Positions 48,642 through 59,710 of a stretch of DNA of 64,000 bases are shown in pieces; positions within the stretch are counted from its first letter, which is position 1, and the number at the start of each line of letters is the position of its first letter. Source of the stretch: Christensenellales bacterium (GTDB lineage: Bacteria; Bacillota; Clostridia; Christensenellales; CAZKXV01). The notes under the pieces are model-generated. The model was not told the origin of the DNA. It made no database searches and saw nothing but the letters and a program-made list of their open reading frames with translations. The translations under genes were made by a program, and so were the position numbers. The DNA is taken from the NCBI GenBank assembly GCA_050952545.1, contig JBMNLD010000002.1, positions 240,705-304,704 on the forward strand. The letters run 5' to 3'.

Positions 48642-51269
48642 ATGAGCAAAAAGTATGTTTATATGTTCAGCGAAGCGGACGGCAGCCGCAAGGATTTATT
48701 CGGAGGCAAAGGCGCAAATCTAGCCGAAATGAAAAAGCTCGGTATGCCCGTTCCCGAAGGATTTACAATAACCACGGAAGCCTGTACCAGATATTATGAA
48801 AACGGAGAAGTAATCGACCAAGAAATAATAGACCAGATATTTGAAAATCTCAGAAAATGCGAGAAATCAGAAGGCAAGAAATTCGGAGATAAGGATAATC
48901 CGTTCCTAGTGTCCGTCCGTTCTGGAGCGAGAGCGTCTATGCCCGGTATGATGGATACCATTCTGAACCTCGGTCTTAACGATGTATCGGTAGAAGGGCT
49001 CGCTAAGCTGACAAATAATCCGAGATTTGCTTACGATTGTTACAGAAGATTTATACAGATGTATTCCGATGTCGTTATGGGCGTCGGCAAGATTGCTTTT
49101 GAAAGAATTATAGACAGCTTAAAGATAAACAAGGGAATCAAGTTAGACACCGAATTCACGGCCGAAGACCTCAAGGAATTAATAGCCGAATTCAAGGCGT
49201 TTTATAAAGCGGATAAGGGAGAGGATTTCCCGCAGGATCCCGAAGTGCAGCTTATCGGCGCGGTCAGGGCGGTATTCAGGTCCTGGAATAACCCGAGAGC
49301 AATCGTATACAGAAGAATGAACGATATACCCGGTAGTTGGGGCACGGCGGTTAATGTGCAGACAATGGTATTCGGCAATATGGGCGACGATTCGGGCACG
49401 GGTGTCGCGTTTACCAGAAATCCGTCCACGGGCGAGAAAAAACTCTACGGCGAATTCCTTATGAATGCGCAGGGCGAAGATGTCGTCGCGGGAATCAGGA
49501 CGCCGAGCACTATCGACCAATTAAAAGAAGCCAATACCGAGGTGTATGATCAGTTTGTCGCGATTGCGGACAAGCTCGAAAAGCACTACAGGGATATGCA
49601 GGATATGGAGTTCACAATCGAAAGAGGCAAGCTCTATATGCTCCAGACCAGAAACGGCAAGAGAACTGCCAGAGCGGCTATGAAAATTGCCGTTGACCTG
49701 GTCAGAGAGGGTATGATTACCGAAGAAGAGGCGATATTAAAAGTCGACCCGAAACAGCTTGACGCATTGCTTCATCCGCAATTTGACGATAATGAGCTTA
49801 AGAAATTGACGCCTATAACCAAAGGTCTGCCCGCTTCTCCGGGCGCGGCGTCCGGTTATGTGACATTTGATGCGGAGCAGGCTAAGCACTTTGAAAAGCT
49901 CGGCAAGAAATGTATACTCGTAAGGCTTGAGACATCTCCCGAGGATATCGAGGGAATGTATGCGGCAGAGGGTATACTGACCGCGAGAGGCGGCATGACA
50001 TCTCACGCTGCGGTTGTGGCAAGAGGTATGGGAAGATGCTGCGTAGCGGGTTGCGGCGATGTTAAAATCGACGAGGTTAAGCAACAGCTCTCTATTAACG
50101 GACAGATATTCACCTCCGACGATATTATATCCCTTAACGGCAGCACGGGTTATGTGTACGGTCAGGAAGTGCCGACCATTCCCGCATCCGTAAGCGGTGA
50201 TTTCGGTACTTTGATGGGCTGGGTTGACGCGAACCGTCACTTAAAGGTCAGAACCAATGCGGATACGCCGCAGGACGCGAAACAAGCCGTATTATTCGGA
50301 GCAGAGGGCATTGGACTTTGCAGAACGGAGCATATGTTCTTCGGTGAGGACAGAATTCCCGCAATGCGCGAAATGATAGTGAGCAAGACCGTCGAAGGCA
50401 GAAGAAAGGCCCTTGATAAATTGTTGCCGATGCAGAGAGAAGATTTTATCGGATTATACGAGGCTATGGGCAACAGACCCGTTACAATCAGATTCTTAGA
50501 TCCGCCGCTTCATGAATTCCTTCCGCAGAAAGAAAGCGATATAGCGGCTCTGAGCAAAGAAATGAATCTCGAAATAGACGACTTAAAAGCTTTTGTAGGC
50601 ACTCTGCACGAAATGAATCCTATGCTCGGACACAGAGGTTGCAGACTGTCCGTCACATATCCCGAAATTGCCGAAATGCAGACCAGAGCGGTTATTGAGG
50701 CGGCAATTGAGGTCAACAAAAAGGGCGGCAAAGTCGTGCCCGAGATTATGATACCTCTCGTAGGCGATGTCAAAGAATTAAAGTATGTCAAGGAAGTCGT
50801 AAAAGCTACCGCCGAGAAAGTTATGCAGGAGAATAATATTAAACTAAAATACCTTATCGGCACAATGATAGAGATTCCTCGCGCGGCGCTGACTGCGGAC
50901 GAAATCGCCGAAGAAGCAGAATTCTTCTCGTTCGGCACCAACGATTTGACGCAGATGACTTACGGATTCAGCCGCGACGACGCGGGTAAATTCCTTGACG
51001 AATATTATCTCAGAAAGATTTTCGAAAGCGACCCGTTCGCCAAAGTCGACCAAGCCGGCGTAGGCAAGCTTATGAAGATGGCGTGCGATGCGGGAAGGGC
51101 GGTAAGACCCGATATCAAGCTGGGCATATGCGGCGAGCACGGCGGAGACCCGTCAACGATTGAATTCTGTCACGATATAGGTCTGGATTATGTGTCCTGT
51201 TCGCCTTTCAGAGTGCCCATTGCGCGACTGGCTGCGGCGCAGGCTAATATAAAAAATCCCAAACGATAA
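48642..51269 (+). CDS. ppdK: Pyruvate, phosphate dikinase
   Basis: N-terminal FGGKGANLAEM. Catalytic His GGMTSHAAVVARGMG. C-terminal ICGEHGGDP. Confidence 0.9.
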   Translation: MSKKYVYMFSEADGSRKDLFGGKGANLAEMKKLGMPVPEGFTITTEACTRYYENGEVIDQEIIDQIFENLRKCEKSEGKKFGDKDNPFLVSVRSGARASMPGMMDTILNLGLNDVSVEGLAKLTNNPRFAYDCYRRFIQMYSDVVMGVGKIAFERIIDSLKINKGIKLDTEFTAEDLKELIAEFKAFYKADKGEDFPQDPEVQLIGAVRAVFRSWNNPRAIVYRRMNDIPGSWGTAVNVQTMVFGNMGDDSGTGVAFTRNPSTGEKKLYGEFLMNAQGEDVVAGIRTPSTIDQLKEANTEVYDQFVAIADKLEKHYRDMQDMEFTIERGKLYMLQTRNGKRTARAAMKIAVDLVREGMITEEEAILKVDPKQLDALLHPQFDDNELKKLTPITKGLPASPGAASGYVTFDAEQAKHFEKLGKKCILVRLETSPEDIEGMYAAEGILTARGGMTSHAAVVARGMGRCCVAGCGDVKIDEVKQQLSINGQIFTSDDIISLNGSTGYVYGQEVPTIPASVSGDFGTLMGWVDANRHLKVRTNADTPQDAKQAVLFGAEGIGLCRTEHMFFGEDRIPAMREMIVSKTVEGRRKALDKLLPMQREDFIGLYEAMGNRPVTIRFLDPPLHEFLPQKESDIAALSKEMNLEIDDLKAFVGTLHEMNPMLGHRGCRLSVTYPEIAEMQTRAVIEAAIEVNKKGGKVVPEIMIPLVGDVKELKYVKEVVKATAEKVMQENNIKLKYLIGTMIEIPRAALTADEIAEEAEFFSFGTNDLTQMTYGFSRDDAGKFLDEYYLRKIFESDPFAKVDQAGVGKLMKMACDAGRAVRPDIKLGICGEHGGDPSTIEFCHDIGLDYVSCSPFRVPIARLAAAQANIKNPKR

Positions 51270-51307
51270 CTCTAAAGTCAGGTAAAAGCCTGACTTTTGA
51301 TTAAGAC

Positions 51308-52306
51308 ATGAAAGAGATAATTTATGAAATAGAAGACAAATACCTATCGCAATACGCGTCCAAGTCAACAGATACCAAGGGCAGACAATTTATGATAACG
51401 CCCTGTGAAATCAGGACGGAATATGTAAGAGACCGCGACAGGATTATACATTCCAAGTCGTTCAGGCGCTTAAAGCATAAGACGCAGGTATTTTTAGCGC
51501 CCGAGGGCGACCATTACAGGACGAGATTGACGCACACTCTCGAGGTCGTCCAGATCGCAAGAACTATCTCTAGGGCTTTAAGACTTAACGAGGACCTGAC
51601 CGAGGCGATAGCGCTCGGACACGATCTCGGTCATACGCCTTTCGGGCATTCGGGAGAAAGGACTTTGAACAGATTATCTGAGCAAGGTTTCAAGCATAAC
51701 GAGCAAAGTTTGAGAGTAGTCGACATTCTCGAAAATTCGGGCAAGGGTCTCAATCTCACTTATGAAGTAAGAGACGGCATACTAAATCATAAATTAAATT
51801 GCTCCCCGTCCACGCTTGAGGGCAGGGTTGTAAGCTATTCGGACAGAATCGCGTATATCAATCACGACATCGAAGACGCGATAAGGGCTGAAATTCTGGA
51901 TGAAAGCAGTCTTCCCAAAGAGGCGACGGAGCTTTTCGGCGACAGCAAAGGTAAAAGAATAGACAGCTTAATCAAGGATTTTATAGCTAACAGCCGCGAT
52001 AAAGCGGATGTAGGGTTATCAAGCGAATATCAAAGGGCGTTTGATTTATTAAAGCGTTTTATGGACGAGAATATCTATATCGGAAGCAGCGCAAAACTCG
52101 AAGAAAGCAAAGCGGATAAAATGCTTGAGCTTCTGTATAACTGGTTTGTTAAAGCGCCCGAGAAACTTCCGCCGCTCTACCATATAATGATAGACAAGTA
52201 CGGCAAGAGCGTTGCGGTATGCGACTACATTGCGAGCATGACGGACAGATACGCGGTAAAAGTATTTGAGGATATTTATATGCCTCTTAACTGGGATAAA
52301 CTGTAA
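51308..52306 (+). CDS. dgt: dGTP triphosphohydrolase-like HD-domain protein
   Basis: RDRDRIIHSKSFRRLKHKTQV and HYRTRLTHTLEV motifs. Confidence 0.8.
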   Translation: MKEIIYEIEDKYLSQYASKSTDTKGRQFMITPCEIRTEYVRDRDRIIHSKSFRRLKHKTQVFLAPEGDHYRTRLTHTLEVVQIARTISRALRLNEDLTEAIALGHDLGHTPFGHSGERTLNRLSEQGFKHNEQSLRVVDILENSGKGLNLTYEVRDGILNHKLNCSPSTLEGRVVSYSDRIAYINHDIEDAIRAEILDESSLPKEATELFGDSKGKRIDSLIKDFIANSRDKADVGLSSEYQRAFDLLKRFMDENIYIGSSAKLEESKADKMLELLYNWFVKAPEKLPPLYHIMIDKYGKSVAVCDYIASMTDRYAVKVFEDIYMPLNWDKL

Positions 52307-52374
52307 AATCAAATAAAATAAAGGGTATTTTATAAAATTGTCGAATAATATAATGTACGGTTAAAGAGATTACA

Positions 52375-54135
52375 TTGACAAGAAGCACTTTTACAGATTG
52401 GCTCGAAGAGCTGAAATATAAGACCGACATTCATAATATCGTCTCCAGATATCTGCCCTTGAAGCAAAAGGGCAGGAATATGTGGGGACTGTGTCCTTTT
52501 CATCACGAGAAAACGCCCTCGTTCTCCGTAAATACCGACGGGCAGTTCTATCACTGTTTCGGGTGCGGCGCGAGCGGCGATGTCATCAAATTCGTAATGG
52601 AAGTCGAAGGTCTGGATTTTATGGACGCAGTAAAGATGCTCGCTTCTTTAGCGGGTATGCAGCTTCCCGAAAATACATATCAGGAGAAATCTTTTTCGGA
52701 TAAAGAATTAAAGGACAAGCTGTTGCGGCTTCTCAAGGACGCGGCTAATCATTATCATACGAATTTATGGCTGACAGCCGCTAAAGCGGCTAACGAATAT
52801 CTTATGAAAAGAGGTCTTAACGACGAGACTGTTAAGAAATTCGGATTAGGCTTATCCGTAGACTTTAATGAAATAATCGTTTATCTCGAGGGCAAGGGCT
52901 ATACCAGAGAAATGATGTATTCGTGCGGTCTTGTCGACAAAAAAGACGGTCGCTATTACGACGCTCTCGGCGCAAGGCTTATTTTTCCCATTTGCGACGC
53001 GCAGGGGCAGGTTGTAGCTTTCGGCGGAAGACTTCTTGAAGAAAAAGACTTCGCAAAATACAAAAACACCAGAGAAACTTCGCTTTTTGTCAAAAACAGG
53101 ACGCTTTACGGGCTTCATTTAGTCAAGAAGCAGAAACTTGTAAAGAAAATTGATAGCATTATAATTGTCGAGGGCTATATGGACGCGATATCGCTTTACT
53201 CGGCGGGTTATAATAATGTCGTTGCGAGTATGGGCACTTCTCTTACCAAAGAGCAATCGAGGTTAATCAAAAGACACGCGGACAAGGTCTATATAGCGTA
53301 CGACGGCGACAACGCTGGACAGAACGCGACAATCAGGGGAATGGACATATTAAACGACGAGGGGCTAGAGGTAAAGGTAGTCACCTTGCCTGACGGTATG
53401 GACCCGGACGACGCTGTTAAATCCTTAGGCAAAGAGGGTTTTGACGCGCTGTTAAACGAAGCGCCGTCGCTTACGGAGTATAAATTAAAGCTGTTATCCG
53501 CAGGCTTTGACCTCAATTCCTACGAGGGGAGACAGCGCTACGCGAACGAGGCGATTGCCGTATTAAAAAAATCTCTTGATAATAATATTCAAATAGAGGC
53601 ATACTTAGAGAGCATAAATAAGCTGACGAAAATCAGCATCGATACCTTGAAATTCTACCTTAAAAGGCAGGAAAACGAAGAAAAAGAGCCCGAAATACAT
53701 ATTAAAGTCAAAGGCACGGCATATGAAATCGCCGAAAAGTACATACTACATTCATTGCTTTATCATAAATTAAGCGATGTAAAAGACCCAAATAAGCTCT
53801 TTACAAGCGATATCGCCAAGAAAATTTTAGCGTACATAACCGATAACGAGGCTAAGGGAATTAAGGTCTTGCCGGCATCGGTGCTGAATTTGGTCGGCGA
53901 GGACGAGAAAGATACCGCTCTTGAGATAATAGACTTCCCTAATCCTCCGTCTAAAGACGAGGAGATAAAATACCTCAACGACTGCTTAAAATTGCTGAGG
54001 AATGAATATCTGTCTAAAAAGAGCAAACAATTGTCAAGAGAATACGACGAAACGGACGACGAAGGCAAAAAGAAAGAACTATTACATAAATTAAACGAAA
54101 TTAAACTAATGATAAGAGAACAAGGAGGTTCATAA
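52375..54135 (+). CDS. dnaG: DNA primase
   Basis: Zinc-binding [11 protein letters not shown]...CFGCG. TOPRIM IVEGYMD. TTG start. Confidence 0.9.
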   Translation: MTRSTFTDWLEELKYKTDIHNIVSRYLPLKQKGRNMWGLCPFHHEKTPSFSVNTDGQFYHCFGCGASGDVIKFVMEVEGLDFMDAVKMLASLAGMQLPENTYQEKSFSDKELKDKLLRLLKDAANHYHTNLWLTAAKAANEYLMKRGLNDETVKKFGLGLSVDFNEIIVYLEGKGYTREMMYSCGLVDKKDGRYYDALGARLIFPICDAQGQVVAFGGRLLEEKDFAKYKNTRETSLFVKNRTLYGLHLVKKQKLVKKIDSIIIVEGYMDAISLYSAGYNNVVASMGTSLTKEQSRLIKRHADKVYIAYDGDNAGQNATIRGMDILNDEGLEVKVVTLPDGMDPDDAVKSLGKEGFDALLNEAPSLTEYKLKLLSAGFDLNSYEGRQRYANEAIAVLKKSLDNNIQIEAYLESINKLTKISIDTLKFYLKRQENEEKEPEIHIKVKGTAYEIAEKYILHSLLYHKLSDVKDPNKLFTSDIAKKILAYITDNEAKGIKVLPASVLNLVGEDEKDTALEIIDFPNPPSKDEEIKYLNDCLKLLRNEYLSKKSKQLSREYDETDDEGKKKELLHKLNEIKLMIREQGGS

Positions 54136-54139
54136 GTCT

Positions 54140-55213
54140 ATGGAGACAAACGCTGTAACTGCCAAAAACACAGCATTCGAAGTAATGCTTGACAGGCTGA
54201 TACAGGAGGTAAAACCGAGGGGTATAATCGCAGAGGGCGATATACTGACAAGATTTGAAAGGCTGGATCTTACCGCGGACGAGATCGAGATCATTTACCG
54301 TACTCTCGAAAAGGAAAATATAGAAATCAGAGAAGATATCTTCCCCGCAACCGACGATGTCTTTGAGAAAATGATGTCCGAAGTCAATGTCGACGACTCC
54401 GTAAAGATTTACCTTAAAGATATCGGCAGAGTGCCGCTGCTTACGGCGGACGAAGAAATCGAGCTTGCCAAGAAGATGAGCGAAGGCGACGAAATCGCGA
54501 AAGCTAAGCTATCCGAGGCGAATTTAAGGCTTGTCGTATCCATTGCGAAAAGATATGTCGGGCGCGGGATGGCGTTTCTCGATTTAATTCAGGAAGGTAA
54601 CCTTGGGCTTATGAAAGCCGTCGAGAAATTTGATTATACCAAGGGATTCAAGTTCTCGACTTACGCCACATGGTGGATAAGGCAGGCGATAACGAGAGCG
54701 ATTGCGGATCAGGCGAGGACAATAAGAATTCCCGTTCATATGGTTGAGACTATCAATAAGCAAATCAGAGTCGCGAGACAGCTTCTGCAAGAGCTAGGAA
54801 GAGAGCCGACACCGCAGGAAATAGCGGTAAAAATGGGCATTCCCGAAGAGAAAGTGCGCGAAATCCAGAAAATCGCGCAAGACCCCGTATCTCTTGAAAC
54901 ACCGATCGGCGAGGAAGAAGACAGCAGACTGGGAGATTTCATCGAGGACAATAACGCGTCCTCACCCGCCGACCTTGCCGAGAGTAATATGCTGAAAGAG
55001 CAGCTTATTACGGTATTGTCGTCGCTTACTCCGAGAGAAGAAAAGGTGCTGAGGTTAAGATACGGTCTTGACGACAGCAGACCGAGAACGCTTGAGGAGG
55101 TGGGCAAGGAGTTTAATGTAACGCGTGAGCGTATCAGACAGATTGAAGCCAAGGCGCTAAGAAAGCTCCGTCACCCCAAGCGAAAAGAGCCCTTGAGGGG
55201 ATATATCAGGTAA
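54140..55213 (+). CDS. sigA: RNA polymerase sigma factor SigA (sigma70, RpoD)
   Basis: Region 2 [18 protein letters not shown]...[12 protein letters not shown]. Region 4 helix-turn-helix. RBS aaggagg. Confidence 0.9.
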   Translation: METNAVTAKNTAFEVMLDRLIQEVKPRGIIAEGDILTRFERLDLTADEIEIIYRTLEKENIEIREDIFPATDDVFEKMMSEVNVDDSVKIYLKDIGRVPLLTADEEIELAKKMSEGDEIAKAKLSEANLRLVVSIAKRYVGRGMAFLDLIQEGNLGLMKAVEKFDYTKGFKFSTYATWWIRQAITRAIADQARTIRIPVHMVETINKQIRVARQLLQELGREPTPQEIAVKMGIPEEKVREIQKIAQDPVSLETPIGEEEDSRLGDFIEDNNASSPADLAESNMLKEQLITVLSSLTPREEKVLRLRYGLDDSRPRTLEEVGKEFNVTRERIRQIEAKALRKLRHPKRKEPLRGYIR

Positions 55214-55873
55214 ATGCTCAGAATTGACAGGCGCATACAGGCTATAATCGATAATATCCCGCGCGACAGCAGAATTATCGATATCGGCAGCGACCACGGC
55301 AAAGTGCCGGTGTACGCCGTATTGAACGGTATAGCGCAATACGCAATTGCGACTGATATCAGCAGAAAAAGCCTTGAAAAAACCGTCGCGCTTGCAAAAG
55401 AGCATAATGTAGCGGACAAGATTGAGTGTCGCGTAGGTAACGGGCTAGAAGTAATAAAAGAAGGCGAGGGCGACACGCTGATTATAGCCGGAATGGGTGC
55501 AAGGGAGATAACGGAAATACTGTTAAAGAGCAAGCTGAAATTCGATACATATATTCTCGTGCCCCATAACGCTACCGTCAGATTAAGGCATTTCCTGATA
55601 AACAATGAGTATTATATCAAGAAAGACCATAAGGTTGCAGCAAACGACCGATTTTATGATATAATCGTATGTATGAAAGGATTTACCAAGCTGTCCGAAA
55701 GGGAATTGATGCTCGGTAAGTCCGATAAGGATAACGCGGATTTCAGAGCTTTTTTAATAAAAGAGCGCGAAAAACTCGCTGGGATTCTGAAAGCTGTAAA
55801 CAGTAATTCCGACGATTACAATAATCTGAAGAAATACTACGATTTAATAGACGAGGTAATAAATGAGAATTAA
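55214..55873 (+). CDS. trmK: tRNA (adenine22-N1)-methyltransferase TrmK (YqfN-like)
   Basis: SAM-MTase motif IIDIGSDHG. Position after sigA matches Bacillus. Confidence 0.75.
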   Translation: MLRIDRRIQAIIDNIPRDSRIIDIGSDHGKVPVYAVLNGIAQYAIATDISRKSLEKTVALAKEHNVADKIECRVGNGLEVIKEGEGDTLIIAGMGAREITEILLKSKLKFDTYILVPHNATVRLRHFLINNEYYIKKDHKVAANDRFYDIIVCMKGFTKLSERELMLGKSDKDNADFRAFLIKEREKLAGILKAVNSNSDDYNNLKKYYDLIDEVINEN

Positions 55874-56624
55874 CGATGCGCTTAAAGTAATAGAAGAATA
55901 CGCGCCTTTAAGTTATCAGGAGGAGTACGATAATTCCGGGCTTATTGTGGGCGACAGGAACGCAGAACTAACGGGAATTCTCATTACGCTTGATATTACC
56001 GCTAAGACCGTTGACGAGGCCGTTAATGCGGGCGCTAATCTCATTATTTCGCATCATCCGTTGATATTTCATCCGATAAAATACATCACCACGGACGACC
56101 TTAGAGGCGAAATAATTATAAAACTCATAGCAAACGGCATAAGCGCTTACGCGGCTCATACCAATGTCGACAATACCGACGAGAATATAGCTTTAGAGTT
56201 TATGTCGGGGCTTAACGTGAAAGATATATGTCCTCTTGCCGACTGTTACGGGATGAAAGCGTCGCTCGTTAAACCCTTACAGTTTATAGAATTGATAGAA
56301 ATTATCAAGTCGCACACGGGAGACAACAATATCAAAAGCATAGGCAACTTAACGGATATTGTCGAGGAAATCAGCGTCTTAAACGGCGCGGGAGGCTCCG
56401 ATGAGGAATTTATAATTCGCTGCGGCGCAACTTCGGATGTGCTGATAACCTCCGAACTAAAACATCACATTGCGATACTCGCCGCCGAGCTTGATTTGGC
56501 CGTTATCGAAATCGGGCATTTCGAGAGCGAAAAGAGCTTTTTAGAGCTTATCCACCGTAAACTGACGGAGAAACTCGACGGGATCAAGATAGTGAAAAGC
56601 GAAATAAAAAGCCCTTATAATTAA
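55863..56624 (+). CDS. Nif3-family dinuclear metal center protein (YqfO-like)
   Basis: ISHHPLIFHP motif. Confidence 0.8.
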   Translation: MRINDALKVIEEYAPLSYQEEYDNSGLIVGDRNAELTGILITLDITAKTVDEAVNAGANLIISHHPLIFHPIKYITTDDLRGEIIIKLIANGISAYAAHTNVDNTDENIALEFMSGLNVKDICPLADCYGMKASLVKPLQFIELIEIIKSHTGDNNIKSIGNLTDIVEEISVLNGAGGSDEEFIIRCGATSDVLITSELKHHIAILAAELDLAVIEIGHFESEKSFLELIHRKLTEKLDGIKIVKSEIKSPYN

Positions 56625-56635
56625 AGGAGAATGAA

Positions 56636-57346
56636 ATGGATATCACGAAATTACTTAATTATCAAGAAGTAAATAAGGAATTGTACGAACTTAACAGAAA
56701 TCTTAACCAGAGCCCCGAGGCTAAGGCGGTATCGCAATACAAGAAATTCTACGATGAAGCAAAAGAATCCCTGATAAAATTAGACCGCGTAGCGGGCGAA
56801 CTCATTATGACTTTCGAGGAGAGCATTAAGAAGTTAAAAGCTAATGAAATCAAGACAGACGAAATAAAAAAAGTCATCAACGATATAGACGATATTACCG
56901 AGATCGAGTACATGCAGAAAAAACTTGACGAATTGATACACGAGTGCAATCAGCTGTCGAGAGACCTTACCGTCACGCGTGAGAAAATCCAGTATGTCAA
57001 GGTTAAGACCAATGAAGCGACCAAGCAAGGCAAGGAGTCGTATGATAAGATGAAAGACGCTAAAACAGCTTACGACAACATCAAAGCGGAATTAAATCCT
57101 AAAGCGACAAAAATCATAGATAAAATCAAGCAACTAGAAGCCGAGATAAACGATAACGAATTCATAGAAAGATTTAAGAGACTTATGAACAATAACATAA
57201 TTCCGCCGCTCGTTAAATGTGAGGACGCGCTATGTACGGGCTGCGGGATTAATATCGCGAGCAATCTCCAGTCCAAGTTAAAGGATACGGATGAATTGCC
57301 GGAATGCCCCAACTGCGGAAGGATTCTTTATTCCGCTGTCCAATAA
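56636..57346 (+). CDS. Coiled-coil C4 zinc-ribbon protein (DUF164 / zf-RING_7 family)
   Basis: C-terminal CTGCG...CPNCG. Long coiled-coil. Lies downstream of nif3 as in many bacteria. Confidence 0.7.
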   Translation: MDITKLLNYQEVNKELYELNRNLNQSPEAKAVSQYKKFYDEAKESLIKLDRVAGELIMTFEESIKKLKANEIKTDEIKKVINDIDDITEIEYMQKKLDELIHECNQLSRDLTVTREKIQYVKVKTNEATKQGKESYDKMKDAKTAYDNIKAELNPKATKIIDKIKQLEAEINDNEFIERFKRLMNNNIIPPLVKCEDALCTGCGINIASNLQSKLKDTDELPECPNCGRILYSAVQ

Positions 57347-57581
57347 CGGACAGCGGCAAGACAACAACCGCTTAAAAATGCCATAAATGGCATTTTGTCG
57401 GGCTCTTGTCAAGGCTTGTCTGATAAGAGACATTGCGAGAATTACTAACTCTAACCGATTGTGTCTAAATAGCTCGAAAATTCATCCGTTATAGTTGCGT
57501 TTAAGTTGTAATCGAATAGGCGTTTTGAATATAGTATTATTCTGCTGAAGCGAATTCGTTATGAGTTACATAATTTCATAT

Positions 57582-57612
57582 AAAACGCCGCCTTTATTAG
57601 GGCGGCGTTTTT
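57582..57612. terminator. Bidirectional rho-independent terminator (dapB operon and plus-strand read-through)
   Basis: aaaacgccgcc tttattag ggcggcgtttt with A- and T-runs on both sides. Confidence 0.65.
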
Positions 57613-57613
57613 A

Positions 57614-58819
57614 TCAAATACTTATTCCGTAGTGGTTTCGGAGCATTTTTTCGCTGGTTAATCTGTCTTTATCGTCGATACAGCAGGAGATTTCGGTCTC
57701 TGATGTCGTTACGGCGTACACCGTTGTGCCGATATTATTCAATAGCGTAAACACCTCTTCTGCTACGCCGCATTGATGTACCATTCCCGCTCCGGCGATA
57801 AGGAGTTTTGCGGCGTCTTCTTTGGAATTGAAGCGGATATTCAATTTGTTAAGAGTATCGTATGCGCTCTTTTTCAGAGCGCCGGGCAGGGTGAAGGATA
57901 CCGAATAATCAGATCTGTCGGAATTCATTATTCTGCTAATCATATCAAGGTTAATGCCTTCAAGCGCAAGTTCTCTCAGCATGCCGTTAAAGCCTTCCGA
58001 GGTAATGGAATTAATCGTAATCAGCACGGTGTCGGAGGTGCCGGATACCGTCGTTACGGCGTAGTCCTTGCCTAGGATGTTGTCCATATTGTATTTGCCG
58101 GAGCTCTTTTCGAGAATATATCTTGCCGCTCGGATAGCGCCGTATGCAAATACCTTTCTGCTCTGCGCCTCGTGGGAGAGCGTGACTATTTCGTCCGTGC
58201 CGATAAACATCACATCGTGCTTTCCTACGATTGTGCCGCCTCTTATCGCGTGAATGCCTATGTCGCTCTTGTCCCTTGCATCGGTCTTGGAATGCCTGCC
58301 GTAGACATAACGCTTGCCGCTTTCAAATACTTTATTAATTCCTTCGGCAAGGTACAGTGCTGTGCCGCTAGGAGCGTCAATTTTCATATTATGATGCTGT
58401 TCGATGATTTCAACATCATAAGCATCGCCTAGGAATTTGGCGGCTTGCTTGGATATATCGGACAGGAGATTGATGCCGAGCGACATATTGCTGCTGATAA
58501 ATACCGCTATTTGTTTGCTGGCAAGCTCGATGAGTTCAAGATCTTGCTCGGAATGTCCCGTAGTTGCGATTACGACATTGACTTTGTGTTTCATCGCGTA
58601 CGGGAGCATTTCTCTTACCGCCTCCGGTCTGCTGAAATCAATAATGATATCCGCTTCGGGAATTTCGTCGCAAAATTCCTTGAATACGGGGATCGGAAAA
58701 TCCGATTCTCTGGCGAACTTGTCCACGCCGCAGACGACAACTGCGTCTTTTAAGGCGGAAATCGTATTGAAGAGTATTCTGCCGACTTTGCCGCCTATAC
58801 CGTTAATGATTACTTTCAA
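57614..58819 (-). CDS. dapB: 4-hydroxy-tetrahydrodipicolinate reductase fused to tandem aspartokinase-type ACT regulatory domains
   Basis: DapB signature VEIIEQHHNMKIDAPSGTALYLAEGI. C-terminal ~140 aa read AGAGMVHQCGVAEEVF...TSETEISCCIDDKD, like the LysC ACT2. Confidence 0.8.
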   Translation of the reverse strand: MKVIINGIGGKVGRILFNTISALKDAVVVCGVDKFARESDFPIPVFKEFCDEIPEADIIIDFSRPEAVREMLPYAMKHKVNVVIATTGHSEQDLELIELASKQIAVFISSNMSLGINLLSDISKQAAKFLGDAYDVEIIEQHHNMKIDAPSGTALYLAEGINKVFESGKRYVYGRHSKTDARDKSDIGIHAIRGGTIVGKHDVMFIGTDEIVTLSHEAQSRKVFAYGAIRAARYILEKSSGKYNMDNILGKDYAVTTVSGTSDTVLITINSITSEGFNGMLRELALEGINLDMISRIMNSDRSDYSVSFTLPGALKKSAYDTLNKLNIRFNSKEDAAKLLIAGAGMVHQCGVAEEVFTLLNNIGTTVYAVTTSETEISCCIDDKDRLTSEKMLRNHYGISI

Positions 58820-58830
58820 GATTTTACTCC

Positions 58831-59697
58831 TTAAATAAATTCTTTCAATAGCTTTTCAAGCGTTTTCGCGTTGTCTTCCGTCATTTCCGTCAGGGGCAGG
58901 CGCATTCTCGCGCTTGAGAGTCCGAGTATCTCGGCGGCTTTCTTGACGGGGATGGGATTGACCTCCGAAAACAGCGCTTTGACCAGCGGATTCATTCTGT
59001 ACTGTAACTCCGCGGCTTTGGATAAATCGCCGTCAAAAAACGCGTCGGTCAGAGACTTGACATAAGCGGGCAGCACATTGCTAGCGACGCTTATGACGCC
59101 TTTGCCGCCTACCGCCATAACGGGCAGAATAATCGCGTCGTCGCCGGATAATACTTCGGCTTTGCCTTTAGTCAGCGCGCACATTTCCGTTATCTGCTCG
59201 ATATTGCCGCTTGCCTCTTTCATTGCGGCGATGTTCTTATGCTCCGCGATTTCAGAAAAAGTCTTGGGCAGCATATTGACACCTGTTCTGCCGGGCACAT
59301 TGTAGACAATTATCGGAATTGACACCGCGTCGGCAATCGCGTTGTAATGCGCGACAAGTCCGCCCTGAGTCGCCTTATTATAATACGGCGTAACGACCAG
59401 CAATCCGTCGGCGCCGAGTTTTTCGGCGTTCACGGAATTCTTTATCGCGGTAGCAGTGCAATTACAGCCGGTACCTATTATTACGGGAATTTTCTTGTTT
59501 ACTTTCTCTATCGCGAATTCAATGACAGCGCGCCTTTCGTCTTCGCCCATTGTTGCGGGCTCGCCCGTAGTGCCGAGTACTATAAGCGCGTCTACTCCGC
59601 CCTCAAGCTGGTATGTAATTAACTTGTCAAGCGCTTGAAAATCTATGCCTTCTTCAGTAAACGGCGTAATCAGCGCCGTGCCGACTCCTCTAAACAT
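58831..59697 (-). CDS. dapA: 4-hydroxy-tetrahydrodipicolinate synthase
   Basis: N-terminal GVGTALITPF. About 290 aa. Confidence 0.9.
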   Translation of the reverse strand: MFRGVGTALITPFTEEGIDFQALDKLITYQLEGGVDALIVLGTTGEPATMGEDERRAVIEFAIEKVNKKIPVIIGTGCNCTATAIKNSVNAEKLGADGLLVVTPYYNKATQGGLVAHYNAIADAVSIPIIVYNVPGRTGVNMLPKTFSEIAEHKNIAAMKEASGNIEQITEMCALTKGKAEVLSGDDAIILPVMAVGGKGVISVASNVLPAYVKSLTDAFFDGDLSKAAELQYRMNPLVKALFSEVNPIPVKKAAEILGLSSARMRLPLTEMTEDNAKTLEKLLKEFI

Positions 59698-59710
59698 AAC
59701 AAATCTCCTT

